This document shows, piece after piece, positions 26,134 through 39,343 of a stretch of DNA of 64,000 nt. Where the stretch lies: NCBI RefSeq assembly GCF_006345805.1, contig NC_043016.1, forward strand, positions 14,012,001 to 14,076,000, given 5' to 3'. How positions within the stretch are numbered: the first letter of the stretch is position 1; the number at the start of each line of letters is the position of its first letter. The position numbers and the translations under genes were made by a program. Under the pieces are notes generated by a model. The model did no database searches, was not told the origin of the DNA, and saw only the letters and a list, made by a program, of their open reading frames with translations. Origin of the DNA: Octopus sinensis (taxonomy: Eukaryota).

Positions 26134-26265
26134 CTTTGCTGTAGTGTAATCCACTACTTTCTTGGGGTTTTGATCACATTTATTCCCGACTAGCAGCTTA
26201 TTTACAGTTTCACTGGCATAACGATCAATTTCTTGCAACCACTGTTTTACATTAACAAAGGATTC
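26134..26265 (-). CDS. Rab1: Rab1 coding exon 6 ([44 protein letters not shown])
   Basis: cactttacag acceptor, gtaaag donor, 132 nt, G4 motif NKCD; lies inside ORF 26110..26382 (-). Confidence 0.98.
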
Positions 26266-26379
26266 CTGTAAAGTGAAAAGAATATACCTGAAGATAACAA
26301 TATGGAAAAAAACAAAGAACTTTTTTGTACAAAAGGCCTTAATAATGTAAAAATTAGACAACAAAGCAAAATCATTTGA

Positions 26380-26520
26380 CATCCATTTTCTCTGCAGGTA
26401 TGGTTTTGAAGTTTGACAGGAGCTGGAAAGCCAGAAGAGTGTGCGAAGTTCTATAGTCTAGATTGGCACAATTTCTATGACTTGATGCCCATCCGAACAC
26501 CAACCACCTTCACGGCACCA
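26380..26520 (-). mobile_element. RTE 3' UTR relic in a Rab1 intron
   Basis: Degenerate match to the RTE 3' UTR (TTTCTATGACTTGATGCCC...AACACCAACCAC). Confidence 0.55.
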
Positions 26521-27219
26521 GAAGCAACAGTGAAGTTATTAACTTACAAGACAATAATCCATCAAATGAGAGGAAAGTAGTGTTGAGGGAGGTGGTTTTA
26601 TGCTAGGTAATGAGAGGTTAGAGCATCAAATTACAAAATTCTTCATAAGAATTAGTGTGGGAAAGCTTCTTACTTCCTCATATTGTAAAGTAAAGAACTT
26701 GAATGTGAAGCCACACTACTATGTCGAGTCAGCTGGCTTCTAGTCACCAAGTCCTGTGTTATATAGTTGCGTACAAAATAAATACTAAGATTAGATGTTA
26801 GAATGAATTCATTAAAATTATGGTGACATATTTCAATAGTAGAGCTATTAAAGTAAATTACTTTTCTTATTTTGGAAATATAATAAGGAACTTGAATCAC
26901 AAAACGTTCTATTATGGGTTTTGTCATTCACATTCAAAACCTCATTAAGCAGACTATATGTAATGAATGCAAATAACTACGGCAAAAGTTGTACATTACA
27001 AAGAATAATATATAAACAATTACATAAAAAATTTCATACATTGAAAAAAAACCTTTTTCAAGAGTATGTGTGTATACACACACAATTACATTGCAAGTTA
27101 CAGACACTAATTTTAATACTAATCTGTCATTAAAAGTTTCAGGTCTTCTAATGATGTTAGTCTTAAACACAAGAGTCCAAACTCATAAGAAATGTGAACT
27201 ATATTGTTCAATAATTTCA

Positions 27220-27465
<246 letters not shown>

Positions 27466-27629
27466 TTAGAATGATTTTAGCAACCAGTAATTTTACATCT
27501 TTATGAACATAAGGAAGCAGTGTAGATTATACTCTGCATGGAACATATCCATTCACCTTCACCATAAACATTATATAACAAATAACAAATTAGAATAAAA
27601 CCTGGTGCCAGCAAGATTAGGAATGCTTG

Positions 27630-28045
27630 GCTAGAGAGGGATGCAGGGGACAAGCCTGTATGCGAGTACAACCACGTTTTTACTTAACTTGGCAGGTCTT
27701 CTCAAGCTGCCAGAAGTCTCGGTCCTGCCATTCCCTCCAGCATTTCAAGATCCTTTTCCCACCACTTATTCCTGGGTCTACCCTTTCCACATGTTCCCTC
27801 CACAGAGATCAACACCTGTTTGATGCATCACATGACCATATCAGCAGTCTTCTACTACATTTGATTCCTCATATACCCAATCTTTCTTTCAAATCACACT
27901 GTCGTATATATTGCACATTGACATTACACATCCAGCAAAGCATCCTGGCTTTGTTTCTGTCAGCCCTTCACATATCCTCAGCAGTCACAACCCATGTCTC
28001 ACAGCCATGTGGTAAAGCTGTCTGTACACAGGAATCATACGATAT
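27630..28045 (-). mobile_element. RTE C-terminal fragment in a Rab1 intron
   Basis: Reverse complement matches the ETWAVTAED...LRWMC...GRGRPRK region of the other RTE copies. Confidence 0.8.
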
Positions 28046-29177
28046 TTGTTAGTGCAATAAACTCACTTTGAAATTCTTTAAATTATAAAAATAGCACTAT
28101 AGTAATGTTAAAAGAGCGATGAATATCCAGCAACATAACTGTTCAATTATTTCATTGGAATTAGTTCTATACCAATGTCCATGTAATGCTACAAGAGATT
28201 TTATCTGAAACAACCAGCATATTGAATGATGAAATAATTTACAGAGCAAGAGCTATTTGGAACTCTTCAGATGCAGCTAGATATTGCACTTAGGCTTTGC
28301 ATAAGCATATTTATGTCACTTTTGGGTGTTGCAGAATATAGAAATCAAGGAATCAAGTTTGTGACATTTACTCAAGATTGTCCTGTGTAACACAGTATTG
28401 TCTTTTAAAATTTGTAAGATAAATGTAAATAAACCTAGCACCTTGGAGGTAGTTGTAGAAGATGTGACTTTGAATATAAAAATTTAACTAAAAGAAAACA
28501 GTATTGGTTTGGCTTATGGATAAATGATTCGTAATTGTAAAACAGAACATCAAATATTTCTGATGATCAGGAAACTATTTCAATAACAACACTGAAATGT
28601 TCTGACCTATTGCAACAACAATTCAAACTTTCCTCTCAAATGACTCATCAGAAAAGAAAATTAAATGCTTTCCTATGGAATAGGTAGGTTACAGGTCTTC
28701 TGCACCAGGATACAACACAAAGCTGTTAATCTTTAAGTAAAATTGGTTAGGAATGATTATGCAAATCCTGATGATAATACTTATAGTTGGATCTGGAACT
28801 TTCCAACTAGCACTTCTGCAAACTACTCATATATATATGCTGGTTGTGTTCCAAACAAAAATCACTTGTAACACTCCCCAATGGCTGTCTCCATTAATCC
28901 TTTTGTAAGTCTGGAAGCATTATGCAAATCTTTCAAAGCATATCTGCTTTCATGACTATTTTATACAAAACAAGTTCTTAAGAACAAAGTTTGGTTCATC
29001 TGTGTATAACTTCAATAGTGATATTTTACATTACACCAAAGTAGCCTCTAAGACTTCTGAGGGAGGTTTGATGTAATTTTTACTGGATAAATTTTAAATT
29101 ATATTCAATTTACTGGGAAACACTATAAATCTGAAATTAGTTCAAAATATAGATTCAAGTATCAAAATGAAACTCAC

Positions 29178-29225
29178 TATTTGTAGTTTAATAGTTTTGC
29201 CATCAAGTTCTATGGTTCGGATTTT
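29178..29225 (-). CDS. Rab1: Rab1 coding exon 4 (KIRTIELDGKTIKLQI)
   Basis: ttcttttcttttcag acceptor, gtgagt donor, 48 nt, RabF2 region. Confidence 0.98.
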
Positions 29226-29319
29226 CTGAAAAGAAAAGAAAATTGTTTTCAATATTAAATTCATAAAAAAAATTTTGATATGAAGTTTCAAACGAAAAGT
29301 TTTTCCAAAAGATACTCAC

Positions 29320-29367
29320 AAAATCAACTCCAATGGTACTAATATAGCTCTCTGTGTATGTGTCATC
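29320..29367 (-). CDS. Rab1: Rab1 coding exon 3 (DDTYTESYISTIGVDF, switch I)
   Basis: ttttcag acceptor, gtgagt donor, 48 nt, Rab1 effector loop. Confidence 0.98.
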
Positions 29368-29553
29368 CTGAAAATATAATAATATTCCAATCAATCAAAG
29401 AGTTCCTCAATGTTCATGTAATCTAATATTCATAAGGGAAGGACGCAATTAGCTTGAATCAATTTTAATTAGCTCCAAAATCTAACAAAAAAAAAAGAAT
29501 TCAAACAAGATTTAAAAAAAAAAAGCATGGATTATCCAAAATATAATACTTAC

Positions 29554-29626
29554 AGCAAATCTCAATAACAAACAAGACTTTCCAACTCCTGAGTCACCAA
29601 TAAGAAGCAATTTGAAAAGGTAATCA
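29554..29626 (-). CDS. Rab1: Rab1 coding exon 2 ([26 protein letters not shown]-loop)
   Basis: ttttattttttcag acceptor, gtaagt donor, 73 nt, G1 motif GDSGVGKS. Confidence 0.98.
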
Positions 29627-31269
29627 CTGAAAAATAAAAACAAAATTTAATAAGAAAAATTGTTAAAAAAAAAAAAATTAACTTTGTAGCACCACGGAAG
29701 GGTCCCTGCACTAATAATTAAAATTAATTATCTAGTAATCATTAAATAACAAAAATAGGTTACCGCAACCCATTAAATTTGTCATTTTTAAAATATGTTA
29801 CTGTGACCCATTTATCAAATTTTTGGCATTTTAAAATGAAAAGTATAAAGATAAATGTATTTTTCCTCCCCATAGAACTAAAAAATTAGTGCTTTTGACT
29901 TAAATACTGGCGAAATGGAAAATAAAGCATAACTGACAATTTTAAATTATAATTAATGAAATGTACTGTAATGAAATGCAAGTGTAAGAAATTATACAAC
30001 TTGATGTTCAAATAATTTCTAAAAAATAAAATTAAACCAAGTTTCTTAAAAAAAAAACATTAACAAACATGTGTCTAACGGGACTATTGCAATGTAAGAT
30101 GGGTGTTGGGGCGAGTTGGGTGGGGGGACTCCATCCAATCGCATATTGAGGAAAGTCTTACAAATCAAGGAACACGTAGATTAAAAATACGTATACCGTG
30201 CTTCTAGAGAAATGTGTAGTACTATAATATATTTAGCAAGTTCCACATAAAACGAGATTAAGAACTTGATAAGTGAATTCCACCGGAACAAATTACAAAA
30301 CATGTACACAACATGTACAAATTTGTGAAGGTAGTGAAAACTGCACAACTTAAGAAGCAACATTAAAATCGCTAAATGACACTTGTACAAACTTATTTTT
30401 TAGAAAAGAAATTTCAAAGTACATTCGAATGTTTTATGAAAGTGAATTGTCATAAAATCCAATTATGAAATTTAATTTTCATCAATAATCAATAATGATT
30501 GATCAACTACTGATAACTATGAGCTGTTGACAGCTAAATTTTCCAGAAGTGAACAGTTTATCCTTGCGTAGTATTTAATCTCTTGCCAGAAGAATTACTT
30601 CACCGATCTAAAATATAAAATAGAATTTAATAGCAAAATCATTTGTATGAGCTCTGACCAGAAATGTAAAATTGGAACAGTTTACTAAACCAAGTGAAAG
30701 CTATTGTTTATGTTATTTTCATAAAATATGGTAAAGCAAGCGAGTTATCACCCTTCGTTTGAGCGATTTCCTCGTGTGCTTTTTACATAAGCGATCGGTT
30801 CTAACAAGTTAAAATGAAACCATTTTAAATTAAATAATTAACTCAAGCACAAAAATTACTTAAGATAACGAAGGTTTCTTTTTCTATCATTGATGGGGGT
30901 ACGGTTATGAAGAGGCAAGGTTGATATCGATAATGTTAAGTAGGGGGGCGTGTTCCTATAAAGGCAAAAAATCATCAGGTAGTTTAGTTTATTGTGCTTA
31001 CTAATAATATTTACAACAGCTGGAATCCTACAGGAACTAAGCTGTACGGTTAATTGGAATCTTACAAGAACATTGATAATCGCCAATAGATGTGAAAATA
31101 AACACCGATTAAAGACTGAAGTTTTCATCTGTCATTTCAAATATAGTGACAGAAGAGAGGGTAGGTAGGCAGGTAAATGAAGAATTGCATAATGTTGTTG
31201 TCAAAGCAGTGGCTTAAAACTAATATTAACGGGACTTGAATGTTTCCCATCTATTAAAATACTAAAACA

Positions 31270-32051
31270 TTCTACACAACACACACACACACCGGTACTC
31301 GTAAAAACCACTGCATACACACTACAGCATCAGCAGAAAGTACGATATATACACTAGCAAAAAGCACTATACATACACTACAGCATCAGCAGAAAATACG
31401 ATATACACACTAGCAAAAAGCACTATACATACACTACAGCATCAGCAGAAAATACGATATACACACACTAGGAAAAAGAACAACACATACACACTCCAAC
31501 ACGAACATTCCAATAATCGCAAAAATCACAACACACACACACAGACAGACACTCGCAAAAAGCACCAAACACACCGACACACGCAAAAAAAAAAGCACTA
31601 TATACATACATACACACACACCGACACAAGAAAAAAAACATCGATACTCATAAAAAAATACTTCATACAATTATACGTCGATACTCATAAAAGAAAAAAA
31701 AAAACAGGAAATACACACACCGGTACTCGCAAAAAAAAATACACACATATATATATATATACTGATACTCCTAAAATTATGCACCAATACTTTTAAAATA
31801 CTATTACTTACACCGACACATGTAAAACACATATACACCCACACTAGTAAAGCACAATATATACACACCCACACTATCAAGACACCGTACACAGATACAC
31901 GTAAGACACCATTATATATACACACGACACTCGAAAGATTATTATTATTACTTATACACACCGACGCTTGTAAAAAAATCAGAATAGATATATATACACC
32001 GCAACTCATATGAAGAAAAACCCCCACTACATATACATCGACACTCGTAAA

Positions 32052-32092
<41 letters not shown>

Positions 32093-32380
32093 CACACACA
32101 CAGCACTCCATAAAGCATATTATATACATACACACATATCCAGCACTCCATAAAGCATATATTATATATATACACACACATGTATATATATATATATATA
32201 TACACACATACGCGCACACAGACACTCGTAAACACTATATATATATACACACCCAGCACTCCATAAAGCATATTATATTATATATACACACATACGCGCA
32301 CACACCGACACTCGCATATATACACCAATAGAAAATGCCACTCATATAACACTATACACACACACACACACTGAACCATA
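31270..32380. repeat. Complex degenerate minisatellite in Rab1 intron 1
   Basis: 56-bp unit ACTACAGCATCAGCAGAAAGTACGATATATACACTAGCAAAAAGCACTATACATAC about 2.7 times, then recurring ACACCGACACTCG and CAGCACTCCATAAAGCATATT units with AC/AT tracts. Confidence 0.8.
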
Positions 32381-33291
32381 CACATTATGAAACATAGACA
32401 GACACACTAATAATACCCTTAATTGACTTTTTCTGACACTGGTAAATCAATATACCCCCATTAAATATATATGTCGAATTATATATACACCCTGGTGTTT
32501 TTAAAACGAAAGATTAATTAGGGAATTCATTAGATTAATTAGGAAATCTCTTTATAATTTGAATTCGATAACAAGAGAAAGTCTGGCATTAAAACATAGA
32601 AAGTACAAGTCTGAGGAAATGGTAAAAGTAAGAGAGATGCAAAGGAATGGTATTTCCGACTAGGAATAATCCCAGAATTGGTCACACCTTAAGGGTTTAA
32701 TGTCTTTTAAGAGACGAAGGGGAGAAGAAATGAAAGCAATATCTCCCCACTGACAGGGAAATTGGGGCGTATTTTAAGTATTTGGTAGTCATTTGGTAGG
32801 CAACTGGTAGTCATTTATAGCTCAGCTGTAATTAAAGAGTGTTTTTTGGAGGACCTTACCTGTGTCTGTGGGGGATAAAAGTGAATAAAGAGAGAGAGAG
32901 TATAATGGGGAAATTAGTGAATTTGGTAAAGGACTGAGGAGACAGAGAAGTGGCGAAAAGGATGATGATGACGATGGACCCTGGAAGGAAGGAAGGAGTC
33001 GTCGTCACTGCAACAGATTTTGGATGGTGACGTTTGTTGAGTGCACTTTTGCCATCGCAGGAGGAATTATTATTAAAGACCATTTATTTCTAAGGAATCA
33101 TTAACGATTTATCTAAATAAAAACCTTACCATTTCGATATTTTATACATGAATAAGTAAAGGAAATTGTGTATGAAATAGCAGTGTATATATATGTGTGA
33201 AAAATATAAGTGAGAATAAAGTCAATGGACGTTGAGTGTATAAAAGAGAGAGACGAAGGCAAAAAAAAAAAAAGGCGAAGAAGATACTCAC

Positions 33292-33314
33292 TACTCTGGA
33301 TTCATTGTAGACAT
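33292..33314 (-). CDS. Rab1: Rab1 GTPase coding exon 1 (MSTMNPE-Y, split codon)
   Basis: Minus strand ATGTCTACAATGAATCCAGAGTA followed by donor gtgagt; 23 nt; joins the next exon in frame. Confidence 0.93.
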
Positions 33315-33625
33315 TTTTCGTGAAAGCATTCAATGGAACAAATATTTTTTGGTTTTGGTGTTTGTTTGGACCAACGTAAAAGGAATAATAATAATAATAA
33401 TAAAGGGAGGAGGCTGTGGTGGTGAGAATAAAAGTGGATTCTTCGAGTGGCGGCGACGATACGCTTATTTATTGCTGCATAAAAGCACACAGCTTACTCT
33501 CTCGACAATGGACACGACTATCGCGGAGTACGGACGACGTGGATATATCACATATACACATATATATACACACACACATATATGTATATATATATATGTA
33601 TGTATGTATATGTCTGTATAGAGGT

Positions 33626-33658
<33 letters not shown>

Positions 33659-33828
33659 CACACACACGCACACACACCTACTTCTGCTTTCTGGATGTAT
33701 GTGACAAGACTATCACCTAGGGGAACGGTTCCTCAGTGCCGATCTAGCTTGTGTTCCTATGCTGTATTATTAGCACAGCCACAGTCCTTCTTCTTCTTCC
33801 CGTTCTCTTGAGTTTGGCTTAAAAAACA

Positions 33829-33898
33829 AAGATGGCTTCCTGTTCCACAATGAAATAATGTAAGCTATGACGTCACTGCTCGACGTGGCATCACGAGA
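33829..33898. promoter_or_regulatory. Probable Rab1 promoter-proximal motif cluster (CRE, CREB3/XBP1-like and YY1-like sites)
   Basis: Perfect CRE palindrome TGACGTCA at 33868-33875; TGCCACGTCG on the minus strand at 33881-33890; AAGATGGC at 33829; CpG-retaining region about 0.5 kb upstream of the Rab1 ATG. Confidence 0.55.
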
Positions 33899-36403
33899 CA
33901 TTTAACATAAAACCGTGCGGAGGAGAGTGAGAGGAAGCAAAAGCAGAGAGAGTGGCGCTTGACTTAATAATAATGACAAGAGCAGCCAGCAAATAGCAGT
34001 AAACATAAGAAAGAGAGAGAGTACTTGTGTGAGTTGATCGAAAAACTTTCACACGGACACGAACACACTACTACACCGAAACGAAACGGAATCAATGCTT
34101 GCTTAATGCACAGGTGTTCATTTCAGCTTGTCATCTCTTGGTATACGAAACCATGAGGGAAATATTTCTAAATATCTTCAAGAACCGATCATTTGGGTAT
34201 TGAAGCAATTACACCTCAATTAACCAAAAGGTTGAAAGATATTTAAACCTTAATTAATCTTTCCCCATCTAATCACTATATTTAATTCTAGCAATTTATT
34301 AAGTTAATTGATACTTTTTCATCAGCACTTTAGTTTATATAATCATTAGAAAAAGAATAACTTTTCTTCATCGATACCTTAAAATATTGGGGCATTCTTT
34401 CTGGAGAAACGAATCAAACTTTCCAGGAATTAAATATAATTACATATAATTAGCTAACGATTATTTATATCACTTTCTATCAAAGTTATGAAACATTTTT
34501 AAGATAATTTCATCAAAATATTATTTAGCTAATTTTTATTTATTTATTATTATTTTTTAAAAAATTACTTCTTAAAAACTTGCATTGTTTCTGTTTAACC
34601 AGGTGATACTTTCATCCCATGTATTTTGGTTTTTGATCATCAAAACAGACCCAACACAAATCCCATTAATCTCTACATCGTCCCTAAAGAATTGTCTGAG
34701 TCTTTCATGAGACAATCACTTGTTTTCCTTCTACCCATGTTTCTGACACATCGTTTTTCGTAATTCTATTTTATTACAAAGACCATTTTGTGAAAGGATA
34801 AAAAAAAAAATTGCACGAAGCTTTCATTTTTCATTTATATCATCTGAGCTATTGACTTTAATTTCTCAGGTCATAGTTCGTCCAATGTAGCAGCTTGTCA
34901 GATTCACACTACTACATGTAGTGCAGTCTACTGAAAGACAACTCAGTCCACTCCAGTTTTTGCTGGCCACTCACCTTTACTGTTTACATTCTACTGTTAC
35001 ACCATACACCACTTATATAAACGGTATGCAACAATCCCCTGAAAGATTTCTTTGATGCAAATAGCATAAGGTTAAGCCTCTCACTTCATATACAACTTTC
35101 TACCGCAGTACCTATGTAATCGATCGAAACAGAATACCTTTAAAAAGATGGGATAGTCACAGCTGGAATGCCTTTGATCAGAGGTTAAACAACACCCCCA
35201 CCTGTTGTTTGATTAGGTAATTAGTCACACTTGTTAACTACTTGTGACTATATAAATGAGGATTTTATAAGAAATACTTTATTTTAACAGTAGTCCAGTT
35301 CGCTAAGCAATTAGTTCAAATGATGGTAGCCTGCACAATCAGTTTAGTACTTTGAGAGTTGTCTGTTGATAATTATATCACTCTGACCAAGTGATGGTTT
35401 TGACCCTTGTAGTGTTCTTGGAAAAGGCAAGGTTGTTACTCACATCTCTTAAGAAATAACATTTAAACGACCTGTCCCAATCACTTTTCGAAAACACTTG
35501 GGTCTCAACAAAAAAATGTATATTTTGAAGCGAAAAAAAAAAAAACGAAGGGTTGAGTATTTTCATTTAATACGTCCTATTAGAAACAACAGCTAAATGT
35601 CTCTTAAATGACCATCCTACCATCTTATATACAAAGATAGGATATAGATAACGTACTCCGAAAAGGATTAGAGAAATTAGAAGGATTGCTTTGGTCCAAT
35701 GGCAGAATGTATATCGTGTTTGCAGTTGTAGATTGTGGGTTCAAGTTACACTGGCAACTTTCGATCTATCCATGGGGCTTTTTAACTCCGCTTTATTTAC
35801 TTCGAGATCCATCTTTCTAATATATAAATATACGTATATTTTAATGTTTCGCTTAGGCATCACGATACTAATAACCTGATGTAGAACTCAATATACATAT
35901 GGTTCAGAACGAAGCGTTAGTCGAGTACAGGGTTGTAATGAAAAATTGAGATGACAAAGGAATGGACAATTAATCTTGTGAATTTCCTTACAGTGGTCTC
36001 ATAGTTGAGTGCTCGATTATCACTTTATAGCTTGATCAGAGCCTCAAACATGAAGTGCATGTTTATTTGCGAAAACATTTACATTTATGTATATATACTC
36101 AGAAAAGCATTAACCACGTATGTGGTGTATGGAATCCAGGAGGTCTTCCCATAATCAGAATAAGATTACTTTTAAAGTGTGTATAAGAATAGATATACTA
36201 AGATGTAGAGAAACAGTAATAAGAAGTATCAGTAAAAATATGTGTACACACACACACACACACATACTCCGCTGCGTCTTAAAGCAGAAACAGCTGTAAG
36301 CTACAGTAGTTCGTTTATTCCTTTGTCAGCTCACACACACATATATATATATATACACACACACACATATATATATACACACACATATATATATATATTC
36401 TCT

Positions 36404-36787
36404 TTTTTTACTTGTTTCGGTCATTTGACTGTGGCCATGCTGGAGCACTAACTTTTAGTCGAGCAAATCAACCCCAGGACTTATTCTTTGGAAGCTTGGT
36501 ACTTACTCTATTGGTCTCTTTTGCCGAACCGCTAAGTTACGGGGACTTAAACACACCAGCATCAGTTGTCAAGCGATATTGGGGGGACAACAAACACAGA
36601 CACACAAACAGATATATATATACATATATACGACGGGCTTCTTTCAGTTTCCGTCTACCAAATCCACTCACAAGGCATTGGTCGGCCCGAGGCTATAGTA
36701 GAAGACACTTGCCCAAGGTGCCACGCAGTGGGACTGAACCCGGAACCATGTGGTTGGTAAGCAAGCTACTTACCACACAGCCACTCC

Positions 36788-36788
<1 letters not shown>
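36404..36788 (-). mobile_element. SINE family A
   Basis: Same head, CORE-like domain and tail as 13586-13992. Confidence 0.9.
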
Positions 36789-36847
<59 letters not shown>

Positions 36848-36912
36848 GCATATATATGTTATGCATATATATGTATATGCATATATATGTATATGCATAT
36901 ATATGTATATGC

Positions 36913-36967
<55 letters not shown>

Positions 36968-37499
36968 GAATGAAAGATAATACAGACTTTCACACTGTTT
37001 CCGTCTACCAAATTTCAATTCGCAAAAGCACGTCTGGACTTTTTGACATATGCGATCTTTGTAAATAAAGGGCTTATTCATGTGGAATTGTTTGTTTACA
37101 ATTTGCAGAGAGCGTGTCTGGGCTGTTTCTTGTTGAACACACTGGGAGGTTATTACATCACTTGGAAACAAATGTGGATCAGACACAGGAAGGACATCCA
37201 GCCAATGGAAACACTACCCCCCAATATACTCTCATCTGGCCCATACAAGCATGGAAAAGTAGATGATGAATACATACATCTTTTATCTTTTACTTGTTTC
37301 AGTCACTAGACTGCAGCCATGCTGGGGTACCACCTTAAACCCCAGCACTTATTTTTTAAGCCTGGTACTTATTCTATTGGTCTCCTTTTGCTGAGCCACT
37401 AAGTTACAGGGATCCAAACACACCACGCCAACACTAATTGTCAAGTAGTGATGGGAGGCAAACAGAGACACTCATGTAAATATGCGCATATATATATAG

Positions 37500-39332
37500 G
37501 TAAAGGTGATGCCCTAGATACAAATAACTACAGGGGTATCAAAGTGTTGGATCAAGTAATGAAGGTTACGGAGAGGGTCATAGCCCAACTAATTAGAGAG
37601 AGAGTTAGTTTAGATGAGGTGCAGTTTGGGTTCGTGCCAGGGAAAAGTACTATTGATGCTATATTTCTGGTGAGACAGCTGCAGGAGAAATACCTAGCCA
37701 AGGATAAGGCCCTGTACCTGGCTTTTGTTGACATGGAGAAAGGCTTCGACAGGGTCCCCCCGATCCTTTATCTGGTGGTCAATGAGGAAACTAGGGATAG
37801 ATGAATGGTTAGTGAGAGCTGTGCGAGCCATGTACAGGGATGCTGCTAGTAAGGTGAGGGTTGGCAACGAGTACAGTGAAGAATTCTGGGTAGAGGTTGG
37901 GGTCCACCAAGGTTCAGTCCTCAGCCCCCTCCTATTTATCATAGTCCTCCAGGCAATAACAGAGGAATTCAAGACAGGATGCCCCTGGGAGCTCCTCTAT
38001 GCTGATGACCTTGCTCTAATTGCTGAGTCACTATCAGAACTGGAGGAGAAGTTTCAGGTGTGGAAACAAGGATTAGAATCGAGGGGCCTTAGAGTCAACC
38101 TAGCTAAAACCAAAGTTCTAATAAGTAGGAAGGTAGACAAATCACAAACGCCTTCAGGTAGATGGCCCTGCTCGATCTGTTGAAAAGGCATAGGTAGGAA
38201 CTCTATAAGATGCACCAAGTGTAAGCTATGGACACATAAGAGGTGCAGCAATGTCAAAGGAAGGCTAACTAGGAAAATAGTTTTTGTATGTGGCAGATGC
38301 TCAGGAGCAATAAACACTGAAAATGTGCAGAGACCAACTTCCACCACATTCCAGGGAGAAAAACTAGAAATAGTTGATAGCTTCTGTTACCTAAGTGACC
38401 AAGTCAGTAGTGGGGGTGGGTGTGCTGAAAGTGTAACTGCTAGAGTAAGAATAGCTTGGGCAAAGTTCAGAGAGCTCTTACCTCTGCTGGTGACAAAAAG
38501 CCTCTCACTCAGAGTAAAAAGCAGACTGTATGATGCATGTGTATGAACAGCCATGCTACATGGCAGTGAAACATGGGCCGTGACTGCTGAGGACATGCGT
38601 AAGCTCGCAAGAAATGAAGCCAGTATGCTCCGATGGATGTGCAATGTCAGTGTTCATACTTGACAGAGTGTAAGTACCTTGAGAGAAAAGTTGGACCTAA
38701 GAAGCATCAGTTGTGGTGTGCAAGAGAGACGTTTGTGCTGGTATGGTTATGTGACGAGAATGGATGAGGATAGTTGTGTGAAAAAGTGCCACACCCTAGC
38801 GGCTGAGGGATCCTGTGGAAGAGGTAGACCCAGGAAAACCTGGGATGAGGTGGTGAAGCACGACCTTCGAACTTTAGGTCTCACCGAGGAAATGACTAGA
38901 GACCGAGACCTATGGAAGTATGCTGTGCGTGAGAAGACCCGGCATACAAGTGAGACCATAACCCATGGCCTCTACCTAGGATGTAGCCAGTCCACTTATG
39001 CATACCTTTCCTTCTTGGACACAAAACTCTACTTGTGAAGACCTGTTGAGGCAAGTCAGAATCGAAATCGATCAACATCAATGGACATTGCAGCTGTGAT
39101 ACCAGTGCTGGTGGCACGTAAGCGAACCATCCGAACGTGGCCATTGCCAGCCTCGCCTGGCCCCCGTGCCGGTAGCACGTAAACAGCACCATCCGACCGT
39201 GGCCGTTTGCCAGCCCCGTCTGGTACCTGTGCCGGTGGCACATAAAAAGCACCCACTACACTCACGGAATGGTTGGCGTTAGGAAGGGCATCCAGCCGTA
39301 GAAACATTGCTAGATCAGACTGGACCTGGTGC
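37500..39332 (+). mobile_element. Best-preserved RTE LINE copy (5'-truncated, RT to 3' UTR)
   Basis: ORFs 37448..37804, 37725..38183, 38325..38546 and 38679..39038 carry NYRGIKVL, QFGFVPG, HQGSVLSP, LLYADD, FCYLSD and GRGRPRKTW; 3' UTR contains tandem units of about 60 bp. Confidence 0.95.
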
Positions 39333-39343
39333 AAATTCAATTT

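Noticed and set aside
31434-32271. Long ORFs rich in Y/I/V/C (also at 33.4, 36.7, 42.8, 45.9 and 57.5 kb)
   Set aside because: Translations of AT/AC microsatellites and minisatellites.
33470-33680. Rab1 5' UTR intron (AG/gtgtgt donor near 33677, ttttatgcag acceptor near 33475)
   Set aside because: Plausible, but the splice signals are weak and embedded in microsatellite; not supportable.
38990-39250. CRISPR-like repeat-spacer pattern in the 60-bp units
   Set aside because: Tandem units of an RTE 3' UTR with no unique spacers, in a eukaryotic context.
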